Below are positions 1-9,446 of a DNA stretch of 64,000 bases, one piece after another. Below the pieces are notes generated by a model. The model did no database searches and was not told where the DNA came from. It saw only the letters and a program-made list of their open reading frames with translations. Each line of letters begins with the position of its first letter. The stretch's first letter is position 1. The stretch comes from an uncultured Pirellula sp. GTDB lineage: Bacteria; Planctomycetota; Planctomycetia; Pirellulales; Pirellulaceae. A program made the position numbers and the translations under genes. Location of the stretch: the NCBI GenBank assembly GCA_903930765.1, contig CAIYZV010000104.1, positions 539 to 64,538 of the forward strand. The letters are read 5' to 3'.

Positions 1-1
1 A

Positions 2-538
2 ATGTTTCGGGAAGAGGATCGGCTGGTCCTCGGGATCTGCAACGGCTTCCAAATCATGATGCGATTGGGGATCTTTTTCGATTCCGGGCTGACGAATCCT
101 CCCGCGACATTGACATGGAATTTGCAAGGAAGGTTTGAGTCCAGGTGGGTGCATCTCAAGCCGGAGTCGAACCACTGCGTATTCTTGAGAGGCATCGAAA
201 AGATTTACTTGCCTATGGCCCACGCCGAGGGCCGCTTTTTAATGCGCGATGAACAAGCTCGAACGATGCTGCGTGATCGCCATCAAATCGCGGTTCGCTA
301 TTGCACAGGCGATGGCCAAACCGGCGATGCAGGGCTAGCCTTTCCAGACAATCCGAATGGGGCCGAGTGGAATGTCGCGGGGATTTGCGACGCCTCCGGA
401 CGTATTTTTGGTCTGATGCCCCACCCCGAACGATTTCTATTCCCGACCAACCATCCATCGTGGACGCGATCGAATCCATTGCCAGCTCATGGCGAAGGGC
501 TCAAGATTTTCGAGAATGCCGTTGCTTACTTCGGATAA
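2..538 (+). CDS. purQ: FGAM synthase glutamine amidotransferase subunit (PurQ-type), 3' portion; gene begins left of the window
   Basis: Frame open to left edge; nucleophile elbow LGICNGFQ and C-terminal GLMPHPER motif typical of PurQ/PurL-type class-I amidotransferases. Confidence 0.8.
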   Translation: MFREEDRLVLGICNGFQIMMRLGIFFDSGLTNPPATLTWNLQGRFESRWVHLKPESNHCVFLRGIEKIYLPMAHAEGRFLMRDEQARTMLRDRHQIAVRYCTGDGQTGDAGLAFPDNPNGAEWNVAGICDASGRIFGLMPHPERFLFPTNHPSWTRSNPLPAHGEGLKIFENAVAYFG

Positions 539-541
539 CAC

Positions 542-1390
542 ATGAAGGTTCTCTCGAGTCCGGAAGAGATTTACGCCCAATTGGATTTCGCGAGACGCCA
601 AGGGAAAAGGATTGGGCTCGTTCCTACGATGGGAGCGTTGCACGATGGGCATCTGTCGTTGGTTCGAGAAGCCAAGCGGGACTGCGAGATCGCGGTCACC
701 ACAATCTTTGTGAACCCATCGCAGTTTGGTCCGAATGAGGATTTTGCCAAGTACCCCCGCACCCTCGATTCGGATCTTGAGAAGCTCGCCTCGGTCGGTT
801 GCGATTTTGTCTTCGTGCCGAGCAAAGACCATATGTATCCGCTCGGGCACACTACGTTTGTCGAACCACCCGCGGTTGCGACGAACTGGGAAGGAAAGAT
901 CCGGCCTGGCCATTTTCGAGGGGTTACCACGATCGTCTTAAAACTTTTCAATATGCTTCCAGCCCACGTCGCTTATTTCGGCCGCAAGGACTACCAACAA
1001 GTCGCCGTGATCAGCGCCATGGTACGCGATCTGAACGTGCCCATACTTATCCAGCCTTGCGAAACGATCCGAGAACCCGATGGCTTGGCCATGAGCAGCC
1101 GCAACCGATATTTATCCGCGACCGAACGGGTGCGGGCCTTGGGATTGCGGCATGCGTTGTCAAAAGCGCAATCCATGATCGACGACGGACATCGAAATGT
1201 TGCGCAAATCGAATCTGCGATGCACGATGTTTTGAACAAGGCTCCGGTCGATTCGATCGATTACGCAGCCATTGTGGATCCCGATACCATGGAGCAGCGA
1301 TCGGATTTGGGTAGTCCTGCGGTGGCAATCATCGCGGTCCGAGTCGGGACGACGCGACTAATCGACAACAGCCTACTTCGGATACAATGA
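542..1390 (+). CDS. panC: pantoate--beta-alanine ligase
   Basis: 282 aa; PTMGALHDGHLSL (HxGH nucleotidyltransferase motif), SSRN motif; ATG 3 nt after purQ stop. Confidence 0.95.
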   Translation: MKVLSSPEEIYAQLDFARRQGKRIGLVPTMGALHDGHLSLVREAKRDCEIAVTTIFVNPSQFGPNEDFAKYPRTLDSDLEKLASVGCDFVFVPSKDHMYPLGHTTFVEPPAVATNWEGKIRPGHFRGVTTIVLKLFNMLPAHVAYFGRKDYQQVAVISAMVRDLNVPILIQPCETIREPDGLAMSSRNRYLSATERVRALGLRHALSKAQSMIDDGHRNVAQIESAMHDVLNKAPVDSIDYAAIVDPDTMEQRSDLGSPAVAIIAVRVGTTRLIDNSLLRIQ

Positions 1391-1436
1391 TACGCCGGGG
1401 CGTTTCCTTTCCGCTTGCCATTAGGGAGATTTCAGC

Positions 1437-2720
1437 ATGCGGCAGACGTTGTTCTATCTACCTCACACAATCGGCCCATTGCCCATGTTCGGCGTGGTTA
1501 GCTGGTCGGTGATTGCGCTTTTAGTCTACATTGGGACACTGATTCTTTTGTCCAGGAAACATGGCCACATTCAGGATGTGGTTCGTGATGGAATTGTGAA
1601 CTGGGGGATCGGTGCGGTTATTTTTGCAATATTTCTACCCGCCTTCGAAACTCGTATTCCCATCGAAACAGGTAAGGAATTGATCGTCGGTGTTCCGGTC
1701 CGGGGGTACGGTGTCATGATGATGATCGGGGTGGCGTGCGCTGTATGGGTCTCCAAAAAACGGGTTGAACGCCTTGGAGTCTCTCTCGATGCCTTTATGG
1801 CGCTCGCCCTATGGACTGTCGTCAGTGGACTCATCGGGGCTAGGCTTTTTTACATCGTTCAAAAATGGGACGAACTCGGAGGTGACACTTTGATGTCGAA
1901 ACTCTGGGTCGCATTTCAATTCACCGAGGGTGGATTGGTCGTCTACGGCAGCGCTATCGGTGGGCTGATCGGTATCTTGATATGGACCTATCGAAATCGA
2001 ATAGCACCGATTCCATTGATCGATGCAATCGTACCCGCATTTTTTATCGGACTCGCATTCGGCCGGATCGGCTGCCTTCTGAATGGTTGCTGTTACGGTG
2101 GGATCTGTGAATCCGATTTGCCAACCATCGCGTTTCCTCGCGGAGCACCCGCGTATGTCGATCAACTTCATCGCGGTTTGCCGCTCGGCATACATACCGC
2201 AGGCAATTCCGATCAAAACGCCCGAATTGAACGAGTCGATCCAGGTAGCTGGGCCGAAGGACGTTCGATCCGCCCGGGCCAGTTCATGGACTCGCTCGAG
2301 TTTCATCCGCTACCGCCTCAAACCACCGGTGACATGCTGGCATTGCCGGAACTCGAAGGCTCGATCGAGATCAACGGCAAGGGATTTCGGCTTTACCCGG
2401 AAGACTTCCCGCGAAAAAGCTTACGAGTTCACCCCGCCCAAATCTACGCATCCATCAGCGCATTCCTTCTCTTCCTTTGGTCATCCTCCATCCCCAATTG
2501 GCATCTCCGAGCCGGATTGGTCTTCGGTTCCGGCTTGATCGCATACGGTATATTAAGAGTTCTCGAGGAAATCATCCGAGTGGATGAAGCCGGCCAGTTT
2601 GGGACTCAATTGAGCATTGCGCAGTGGATTAGTATTCTCGGTATCACCTCGGGAATCATACTGATCATCTTAGCCTTCCAAAGACCGAGTAACGTTGCCA
2701 TCTCCCCCATTGCTCCTTAG
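1437..2720 (+). CDS. lgt: prolipoprotein diacylglyceryl transferase with enlarged periplasmic insertion
   Basis: Multi-TM protein with GRIGCLLNGCCYG and HPAQIY motifs; GGGAGA Shine-Dalgarno upstream of ATG; 427 aa (long for family). Confidence 0.9.
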   Translation: MRQTLFYLPHTIGPLPMFGVVSWSVIALLVYIGTLILLSRKHGHIQDVVRDGIVNWGIGAVIFAIFLPAFETRIPIETGKELIVGVPVRGYGVMMMIGVACAVWVSKKRVERLGVSLDAFMALALWTVVSGLIGARLFYIVQKWDELGGDTLMSKLWVAFQFTEGGLVVYGSAIGGLIGILIWTYRNRIAPIPLIDAIVPAFFIGLAFGRIGCLLNGCCYGGICESDLPTIAFPRGAPAYVDQLHRGLPLGIHTAGNSDQNARIERVDPGSWAEGRSIRPGQFMDSLEFHPLPPQTTGDMLALPELEGSIEINGKGFRLYPEDFPRKSLRVHPAQIYASISAFLLFLWSSSIPNWHLRAGLVFGSGLIAYGILRVLEEIIRVDEAGQFGTQLSIAQWISILGITSGIILIILAFQRPSNVAISPIAP

Positions 2721-2728
2721 GTGGTCTT

Positions 2729-4195
2729 ATGTACCAACTGACGAAAATCGCGTCGCTAAAAACCCCGGAGGCGTTCCGGCAGCACACAGCGTCCTTGGGC
2801 ATTGAATTACCGATCGACGATTCGCTCGAAATAGGGGATGCGTCGCCATTATCCAAAGGCCTTCTGTGGAACGGTCGACGGATCGGCAATCGGATCGCCG
2901 TGCAGCCGATGGAAGGTTGGGACGGGACATTGACGGGCGGGATGACAGCGCCCATGAAACGGCGTTGGGAGCGGTTCGGGGAATCGGGTGCAAAACTGAT
3001 TTGGGGTGGCGAAGCGATGGCGGTCCGCCCCGATGGGCGTGCGAACCCAAATCAATTGGTGATCCAAGAGAACAATCGAGAAGACATCAAGCTGCTGCTC
3101 TCATCGTTGCGTCATACGCACGTTCAAACCTACGGAGACGATTCGGACTTGGCCGTTGGTTTTCAGCTGACTCACTCCGGCAGATTTTGTCGCCCGACCG
3201 ACCACCATCACTGGGAGCCGAGGGTCGCTTATCGGCACCCGTTGCTCGATCCTAAATTCGGCGTCTCGGACGACTCTGCGGTTTTGAACGAGCCGGATCT
3301 CAAGCAGTTGGTTCGCGACTACGTGCGAGCTGCCGAAATTGCTCGCTGGGCAGGTGCGGATTTCGTCGATATCAAGTGCTGTCATGGATACTTGTTGCAC
3401 GAGTTCCTATCTGCGAGGAAACGCCGCGACGGATACGGCGGACCGCTAGCCAATCGAGCGAGACTCCTGCTGGAAATCATCGAAGCGGTACGAAAGCAGA
3501 TTCCTGAACTGGGAATCGGCGTTCGACTGAGTGCGTTCGACATGGTTCCATTCGAGCCCAATCCGGCTACAGCGGTCGAAGGGAGGCTCGGGCAAGGCCG
3601 TCCGCGTGATTATTCGAAGTTGCTTCCCTATGCGTATGGATTCGGTCTCTCGGAATCCGATCCACTTTCGATGGATCTAACCGAGACACTGGTTCTGATA
3701 GGTTGGCTGAAGGATGCAGGGGTACAACTTCTCAATGTTACAGCCGGGAGTCCTTATTACACACCCCATCTACTTCGCCCGGCTGCATTCCCGCCCTCGG
3801 ATGGCTACCAGCCGCACGAGGATCCTTTGATATCCGTTTCCAAGCATTTTTCGGCGACACGTCAAATCAAACGAGCTTTCCCAGAACTACTGGTGGTTGG
3901 ATCAGGCTATTCCTACTTGCAAGAGTACTTGCCTCATGCCGCTCAGCATAATGTTCGCGAGGGTTGGACCGACTTCGTAGGTTTGGGACGCACCGTGCTG
4001 TCGTATCCGCAGGTACTGATGGATTCCATCCTTCAACGAAAGAGTCAGCGCAAGCTCATCTGCAGGACGTTTTCGGATTGCACCACCGCACCTCGCAACG
4101 GCTTGCCTTCCGGGTGCTATCCACTGGACGATTACTACAAAGGTACTGAAACGGCAGAGGCCGTGAAGAAGATCAAGAGTGCCTTTGGCGCGTGA
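2729..4195 (+). CDS. NADH:flavin oxidoreductase, Old Yellow Enzyme family TIM barrel
   Basis: 488 aa; CCHGYLLHEFLS active-site region and overall OYE/2,4-dienoyl-CoA-reductase-like N-terminal pattern. Confidence 0.8.
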   Translation: MYQLTKIASLKTPEAFRQHTASLGIELPIDDSLEIGDASPLSKGLLWNGRRIGNRIAVQPMEGWDGTLTGGMTAPMKRRWERFGESGAKLIWGGEAMAVRPDGRANPNQLVIQENNREDIKLLLSSLRHTHVQTYGDDSDLAVGFQLTHSGRFCRPTDHHHWEPRVAYRHPLLDPKFGVSDDSAVLNEPDLKQLVRDYVRAAEIARWAGADFVDIKCCHGYLLHEFLSARKRRDGYGGPLANRARLLLEIIEAVRKQIPELGIGVRLSAFDMVPFEPNPATAVEGRLGQGRPRDYSKLLPYAYGFGLSESDPLSMDLTETLVLIGWLKDAGVQLLNVTAGSPYYTPHLLRPAAFPPSDGYQPHEDPLISVSKHFSATRQIKRAFPELLVVGSGYSYLQEYLPHAAQHNVREGWTDFVGLGRTVLSYPQVLMDSILQRKSQRKLICRTFSDCTTAPRNGLPSGCYPLDDYYKGTETAEAVKKIKSAFGA

Positions 4196-4213
4196 GCGGC
4201 CAGTATCTTGGTA

Positions 4214-5002
4214 TCAGAATTGGGAGTCGTCTTTCATCGACGCCCAAAAATGGACTTCCGGGACCCGACGAGAGAGCATGTCTGCAAGCTGTCGCATGGC
4301 GAAGAACTCACTCGCAAAGTGACCGATCATCACCATCGCGACCCCCAATGCTTCGGCTTCGAGGCATTGATGGTAAGTCGCCTCGCCGGTGAGGAAGGCA
4401 TCGCATCCGCGTTGGGCAGCCAGACCCACCATGCTTCCTCCACTCCCGCAGACGATACCGATGTTCGAGATAGATTGCTGGAGTGGATGCGTCGCGCGAG
4501 GGCGAATGGCTGGAAGCGAGAGCTCCAGTTTCTGAACCAGTTCCTCAAGGGTGAATCGCCGGCTCAACTTGCCGTATATTCCGGTGCCGAGCCCTTGTTT
4601 CGCCAATTCAGGATCGGCAGCAGGCGTGAGCGGTGTTGGCGACTGGAGTGCCAGCATCGTAGCTAACTGCCGGTTGATACCGTGAAATGCGTTATCCCAA
4701 GCGGTATGGGGAGAGTAAATCGCGAGATTCGATCGGATGGCCTTGAGCAACAATCGCCCAGTCGTCGAGTGCGAGGTTATCCTCGGGAGCGGCTTGAAAG
4801 GAATCGGATGGTGAGAAATGATCAGATCAGCACGCTCTGCGATGGCTTCGTCGAGGCTAGCGTCAGTGATGGTCAAACACGTCATCACCCGCTCTACGGA
4901 TGCAGATTCATCGCCGACGAGCAACCCAACGTTGTCCCACGACTCCGCCAAACGGACGGGGGCGATTTCATTCAGTGTTTGGCACAGTTCTCGGAGCAGC
5001 AT
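4214..5002 (-). CDS. Nif3-family dinuclear metal centre protein (GTP cyclohydrolase 1 type 2 homologue)
   Basis: 262 aa; N-terminal AESWDNVGLLVGD, internal HHP, C-terminal GHFASE pattern typical of NIF3/YbgI. Confidence 0.85.
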   Translation of the reverse strand: MLLRELCQTLNEIAPVRLAESWDNVGLLVGDESASVERVMTCLTITDASLDEAIAERADLIISHHPIPFKPLPRITSHSTTGRLLLKAIRSNLAIYSPHTAWDNAFHGINRQLATMLALQSPTPLTPAADPELAKQGLGTGIYGKLSRRFTLEELVQKLELSLPAIRPRATHPLQQSISNIGIVCGSGGSMVGLAAQRGCDAFLTGEATYHQCLEAEALGVAMVMIGHFASEFFAMRQLADMLSRRVPEVHFWASMKDDSQF

Positions 5003-7974
5003 TATCGGCGATTGGATTCAAGACGGTTAAGGTTGCTGTTGGGAGACGCCACGGAAGGGGTCGCGGCAGTACCGGAAACCGCTGGCAAAGGACCGTCGTC
5101 CTCTCCGGCCTGGGCATCCTCAGTCTCGGCGTTATCGGCCTCCGGTTCGATTTTAATCCGATAGTTTAACACGCGACGCGTACCAATTTGTTCGCATCGC
5201 AACCATAAAGTTTGGTTGAGCAATTCAGATGCCTTGGGCAATACGAGCGTTTTGGTAGTCCGATCCACAACGCGCGGAATGATCACTCGCTCCCTTCGCC
5301 GATCCGGGATCAAAAGCATGCAGTCAAAACTAATGGGGGTGTCGATGTAGTTGATGACATCGATATCGATCCAGAGTTCATCCGCATCGCTGATACGGTA
5401 ACGCGTTTCTATGTCGACTTCATCATTACCGATTCGCAGCATCTTTTCGACCGCGAATTGAACGGAAGGCACACCGTTCATGTAGGCGATAATATGCACC
5501 GGTGTATCGAGCGCGCTGATATCGGACCTTAAAAGAACTTTGACAGGTATCGTGCCCGTGGATTTCGGCCCTACCTCAAAGATTGCGGATTCTACTTCGT
5601 TGGCCAAAACATCGGGTGCAACAAGTTCGATACGCCCGGATGCGGGGTAAGAAAATGGGTTCTTGAAGATGACTTGGACTTCTTGGCTGAGCCCAACCAG
5701 AGAGTCGATACGTTTCGAATCGAGATTGAGTCCCATCCGCCATAGTGCGACTTGAGTGTCCACACCTTTGATGATTACCGGCCATGCATCGATCGGAATT
5801 CGATGTTCAGGGCCAAATGGCGTTTGAATGGTTTGTATGGGGACGGGCCTTCCCCATATGTCGCAAGCCGTTGCATTGGCACCCAGGAAGAGTTGCTCTT
5901 GGGTTGGCTTCGAGGACCAAACCACGAGGCAGCTGTTTTGCTCGTCCGAGAGCAATGCGTTCTCCGAACCGCTTTTCAAATCCAACTTCCCAACGTAGGA
6001 CTTGCGCAACAGCGCATCGATCATCGTTCGGTAGGGTAAGAACATCTCGCGAGGTGTCCCGTCGGGGGACAAGAACCCAACCGCATCAGAAAGTGGATCG
6101 GAGATCCATGCAACCGAACGACCATCGGGCTTGCGGATAGAAGCGATCATGCGTGAGGCCAAATCCCGCGTCCGTACACTCAGAGAATACTTCTCCGACG
6201 ATACCGGCGTGATGCTGGTCCAGGGTGGGTTTGTTGTTCCCAGTTCCGACACGCTGAGATCCCATTCGCTCTCTGAGATGCCGAGTTCATCCGAGATTTG
6301 CCAGCGATCGATATTCCGATTGGGTGGTGGTGCAAGCCAAGGGGTTTTGGGGGCGACGATCGAGGCTTCAGGGGCGTACCGACGGACGAGGTTCCGCAGG
6401 ATATCGATCGAGTTGGCGTATCGCGGGTTGTTCGCGAACTGCACGTCATCGTCGTACCCGATTTGAAAGTCGTTGACGCGAAGGCACATGGCTCGAAACA
6501 CAGGCTCGAGCAGCGGTTGCCAGATTGTGGGATCCTCTAAAGCGGCCGTTTGCAAATACGGCTGCAAAGGATCTTTTTCGATGGATTGTGCACCTAACGG
6601 GGAGTGAAGAATACCGACACAGGAAACATCCGCATGTAGCAACTTGTCGATGGTTTCACAGAACAGTTTCTGTGTTTGGAGCGATTTATTGTCAAACCAG
6701 ATCGGTAACTTGATCCGCCCCGTGCGTCCTTCTTTCAACAACTCCAGGAAATCCTCGGTCTTCCAACGGTAAGCGGTTTCGTCGAGAGTCCAACCAAAAC
6801 GCAAATCGGGCTCCAACGACGAGAGTCGAGGAAGAACAACAAACGATTCGCTTTGCTCAAAGAATACTGTTGAGAGCTGCTTGAGTTGTGTCACCAGTTG
6901 GTAGTACCCGGGTTGGAGGGGATCGATTGACCAATCACACTCCCCCTTCCAATGAACCGCTCCACTAGCGTTAGAGCCTTGGGACTTTGGTGTTGCTGTT
7001 GGCGTTTGCACCATTAAGGGTTTAGAGCTATCCACCCGTTGAAGTTCACGCGTGGTTCGATCGACCACAATCCCATTGTGATCGATCAGTTTCATCTCCA
7101 CTCGCATCGGGCCACTCTTCAATCCCGAGGCAAGGCACTTGAGATCCACCGTTTCGCGAGTGCTATACATGCGATTTGGGCGATTGAGTTGCAAATCAAT
7201 CTTTGGCATCTGAACGATACGAACTCGGTCGAATCCAAAAGAGCCGCGAAACGCATTGGACGAGTTCGGTTCGACGGTCAATGCGACTTGCACGAACGCG
7301 ATTCGCGGATCGTCTTGATACGCCCCTGTTGTGCGTACCCGCGTCCACTCCTTGACCCCCGAAATTGCGTTGGTCTTGGTGGTAAAAAGGAGTTGTCCGC
7401 TCGAATCGAGAAATCGGAGTTGCCCATACGCATCGAAGTACTCGGCATCCGATCGGATATCGACTTGCAACCCATACAAAGAATGCAGGCCAACGGGAAC
7501 CTTTGGGGAGTACATCTCTGCCGAACCCCCGTCCATCTCGATCGACAGAAACGGGTCGAGGAACGTTCGCTCGATGAATCGGTTGACCCCGCTGGGGATC
7601 GATTCCGGGATGACCTCCCAAGGCCGCTTTTTGGTTTCCCACGCTAGCACCACTTGGCCCAAAGATCTTCGAAGTCGCTCAACCTCGGCCACCTCGACGT
7701 CGCTGGTGGACTTTTTGCGGATCTGAATTGGGATAAAACCTGGGTGTTTCACATCTTTTCGACGGACCCAACCGTCGGGCCAGCCATCCTGTTGGGAATC
7801 CTCCTTGGTACCGAAATCCCACTTAGAAATGGTCTCGAATCCGTTGGGCTCGTCGGAATGCGTGGACGGGGAATGCCAGACGGATACAATGCAGACGATC
7901 AAGCCGAGAGCTTGATTGAGAGTTCTGCGTCGATGGAATTTGGAGAGTACTTTGCCAGGCATTCGAATCGGCAT
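5002..7974 (-). CDS. large secreted/anchored protein of unknown function
   Basis: 990-aa uninterrupted ORF; basic N-region plus hydrophobic stretch (LGLIVCIVSVW); no family recognised by eye; stop overlaps Nif3 ATG (TAATG); alternative ATG at 7962. Confidence 0.7.
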   Translation of the reverse strand: MPIRMPGKVLSKFHRRRTLNQALGLIVCIVSVWHSPSTHSDEPNGFETISKWDFGTKEDSQQDGWPDGWVRRKDVKHPGFIPIQIRKKSTSDVEVAEVERLRRSLGQVVLAWETKKRPWEVIPESIPSGVNRFIERTFLDPFLSIEMDGGSAEMYSPKVPVGLHSLYGLQVDIRSDAEYFDAYGQLRFLDSSGQLLFTTKTNAISGVKEWTRVRTTGAYQDDPRIAFVQVALTVEPNSSNAFRGSFGFDRVRIVQMPKIDLQLNRPNRMYSTRETVDLKCLASGLKSGPMRVEMKLIDHNGIVVDRTTRELQRVDSSKPLMVQTPTATPKSQGSNASGAVHWKGECDWSIDPLQPGYYQLVTQLKQLSTVFFEQSESFVVLPRLSSLEPDLRFGWTLDETAYRWKTEDFLELLKEGRTGRIKLPIWFDNKSLQTQKLFCETIDKLLHADVSCVGILHSPLGAQSIEKDPLQPYLQTAALEDPTIWQPLLEPVFRAMCLRVNDFQIGYDDDVQFANNPRYANSIDILRNLVRRYAPEASIVAPKTPWLAPPPNRNIDRWQISDELGISESEWDLSVSELGTTNPPWTSITPVSSEKYSLSVRTRDLASRMIASIRKPDGRSVAWISDPLSDAVGFLSPDGTPREMFLPYRTMIDALLRKSYVGKLDLKSGSENALLSDEQNSCLVVWSSKPTQEQLFLGANATACDIWGRPVPIQTIQTPFGPEHRIPIDAWPVIIKGVDTQVALWRMGLNLDSKRIDSLVGLSQEVQVIFKNPFSYPASGRIELVAPDVLANEVESAIFEVGPKSTGTIPVKVLLRSDISALDTPVHIIAYMNGVPSVQFAVEKMLRIGNDEVDIETRYRISDADELWIDIDVINYIDTPISFDCMLLIPDRRRERVIIPRVVDRTTKTLVLPKASELLNQTLWLRCEQIGTRRVLNYRIKIEPEADNAETEDAQAGEDDGPLPAVSGTAATPSVASPNSNLNRLESNRR

Positions 7975-8731
7975 TCAACTATCAGGTTTGAGACTACCGT
8001 TTAAGCAAGCTTTGCATGCGGCAGCCCGTCTGGGGGTCGATTCGGTCGAAATCGACGCCCGTTCTGAGCTGAAGCCTTCGGAACTTGTCGGCACCGGTTT
8101 GCGACAAGTTCGCAAAATGCTGGAAGATCTGAATTTACGTGTTGCATCGGTTAGATACCCCACCCGTCGCGGTTACGAATGCACCGAAGAATTGGATCGC
8201 AGGATCGAAGGTACCAAGCAAGCCATGAAGATGGCCTACGACCTGGGCGCGAATGTCGTGGTGAACAGCTGCGGGTCGATCGACGATTCGCTGGATTCAC
8301 CCTCCCGGCAGACCCTCCAAAGCGTCCTCGTCGACCTTGGCCATTACTCTCAACGCATTGGCGCGTTTCTGGGTATCGAGACCGGAGCCGAACCGCTTGA
8401 AAAACTTAACGGACTTGTCGAATCCCTCCCGGAAGGGAGCGTTGGGGTAACGTTGAATCCGGGCAATTTGCTGGTCAACGGTTTCAATCTCGATGGCCTC
8501 AATAGCATCGCGAAGCATATCATGCTGGTGCATGCTAAAGACGGCGTGCCGGATCGCGCTCGCGGCCGCGGCACCCAAGTTCCACTGGGATACGGTCTAG
8601 CCGAGTTCCCGTCCATCATCGCCGCCCTCGAAGAACATGCCTATCGAGGCTATTTTGTCGTCGAACGCGACCTTGCAGCCGACCCCATCCAAGAGTTCCG
8701 TACTGCAGTCACGTTTCTGAAGAACATGTAA
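7916..8731 (+). CDS. sugar phosphate isomerase/epimerase (xylose-isomerase-like TIM barrel)
   Basis: 271 aa; N-terminal IRIGIQL strand, VEID, HAKD pattern of AP-endonuclease-2/xylose isomerase-like fold; track start is TTG 7916, TTG 7952 (MPGIRIGIQ) fits family N-termini better. Confidence 0.8.
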   Translation: MRVLRRWNLESTLPGIRIGIQLSGLRLPFKQALHAAARLGVDSVEIDARSELKPSELVGTGLRQVRKMLEDLNLRVASVRYPTRRGYECTEELDRRIEGTKQAMKMAYDLGANVVVNSCGSIDDSLDSPSRQTLQSVLVDLGHYSQRIGAFLGIETGAEPLEKLNGLVESLPEGSVGVTLNPGNLLVNGFNLDGLNSIAKHIMLVHAKDGVPDRARGRGTQVPLGYGLAEFPSIIAALEEHAYRGYFVVERDLAADPIQEFRTAVTFLKNM

Positions 8732-8776
8732 CCCTTCCAACCTTTTGGATCAACCACTTTTAGGAGTATACGTCTC

Positions 8777-9346
8777 ATGTCGATCTCGAGTGGCGTTATC
8801 AAGAACTGGTCCGCACGGCTCGCCGTGTTTGGATTACCATGCATCGTTTTACCATGCATCGTCGCAGCCGTTTGCGGACTGCTTCTCGTCCAGCCATCGG
8901 TACCCGCAGCCGCTCAAGATTCACCTGCGGCTAAGAAGTCAGGAGCCCAGCCACCCGTCGCTGAGTTCGAAAAGTACCTCAGCAATTCCACGCTGACCGG
9001 TGTCTTCACCATCGATGGCCGGCCCCTCAACAAACTCGAAGAGGAGCGTTACGAGATCAAGAGTGCGAAGAAGGTCGAAGGGGAGGATAACCTGTGGGAA
9101 ATCAACACCCGTATCAAGTACGGCGATAAAGACCTCACCGTGCCGGTGTTTGTCAATATCGAGTGGGTTGGCCGAACCCCCATGATCGTTCTCGACAACA
9201 TCGCCATCCCCGGCCTCGGCACTTTCTCGGCTCGGGTCGTTTTCCACGACAAAAAGTACGCTGGAACCTGGAAACACGACAATGTCGGGGGGCATTTGTT
9301 CGGACGCGTGGAACCTGCAGATGCCAAACCGGCCGAGTCGAAGTAG
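8777..9346 (+). CDS. secreted hypothetical protein
   Basis: 189 aa; AGGAG about 10 nt upstream of ATG; N-terminal signal peptide ending AAAQD; no family recognised. Confidence 0.65.
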   Translation: MSISSGVIKNWSARLAVFGLPCIVLPCIVAAVCGLLLVQPSVPAAAQDSPAAKKSGAQPPVAEFEKYLSNSTLTGVFTIDGRPLNKLEEERYEIKSAKKVEGEDNLWEINTRIKYGDKDLTVPVFVNIEWVGRTPMIVLDNIAIPGLGTFSARVVFHDKKYAGTWKHDNVGGHLFGRVEPADAKPAESK

Positions 9347-9446
9347 AATAGAGCGTGTCTCGCCCAGCCGAATTTCGGCTCCCCGCAACTTCGATTCGCC
9401 TCGCCTCCCTCCTTCTGTTCCCCCTTCGTATTCCGTATCGACAACC

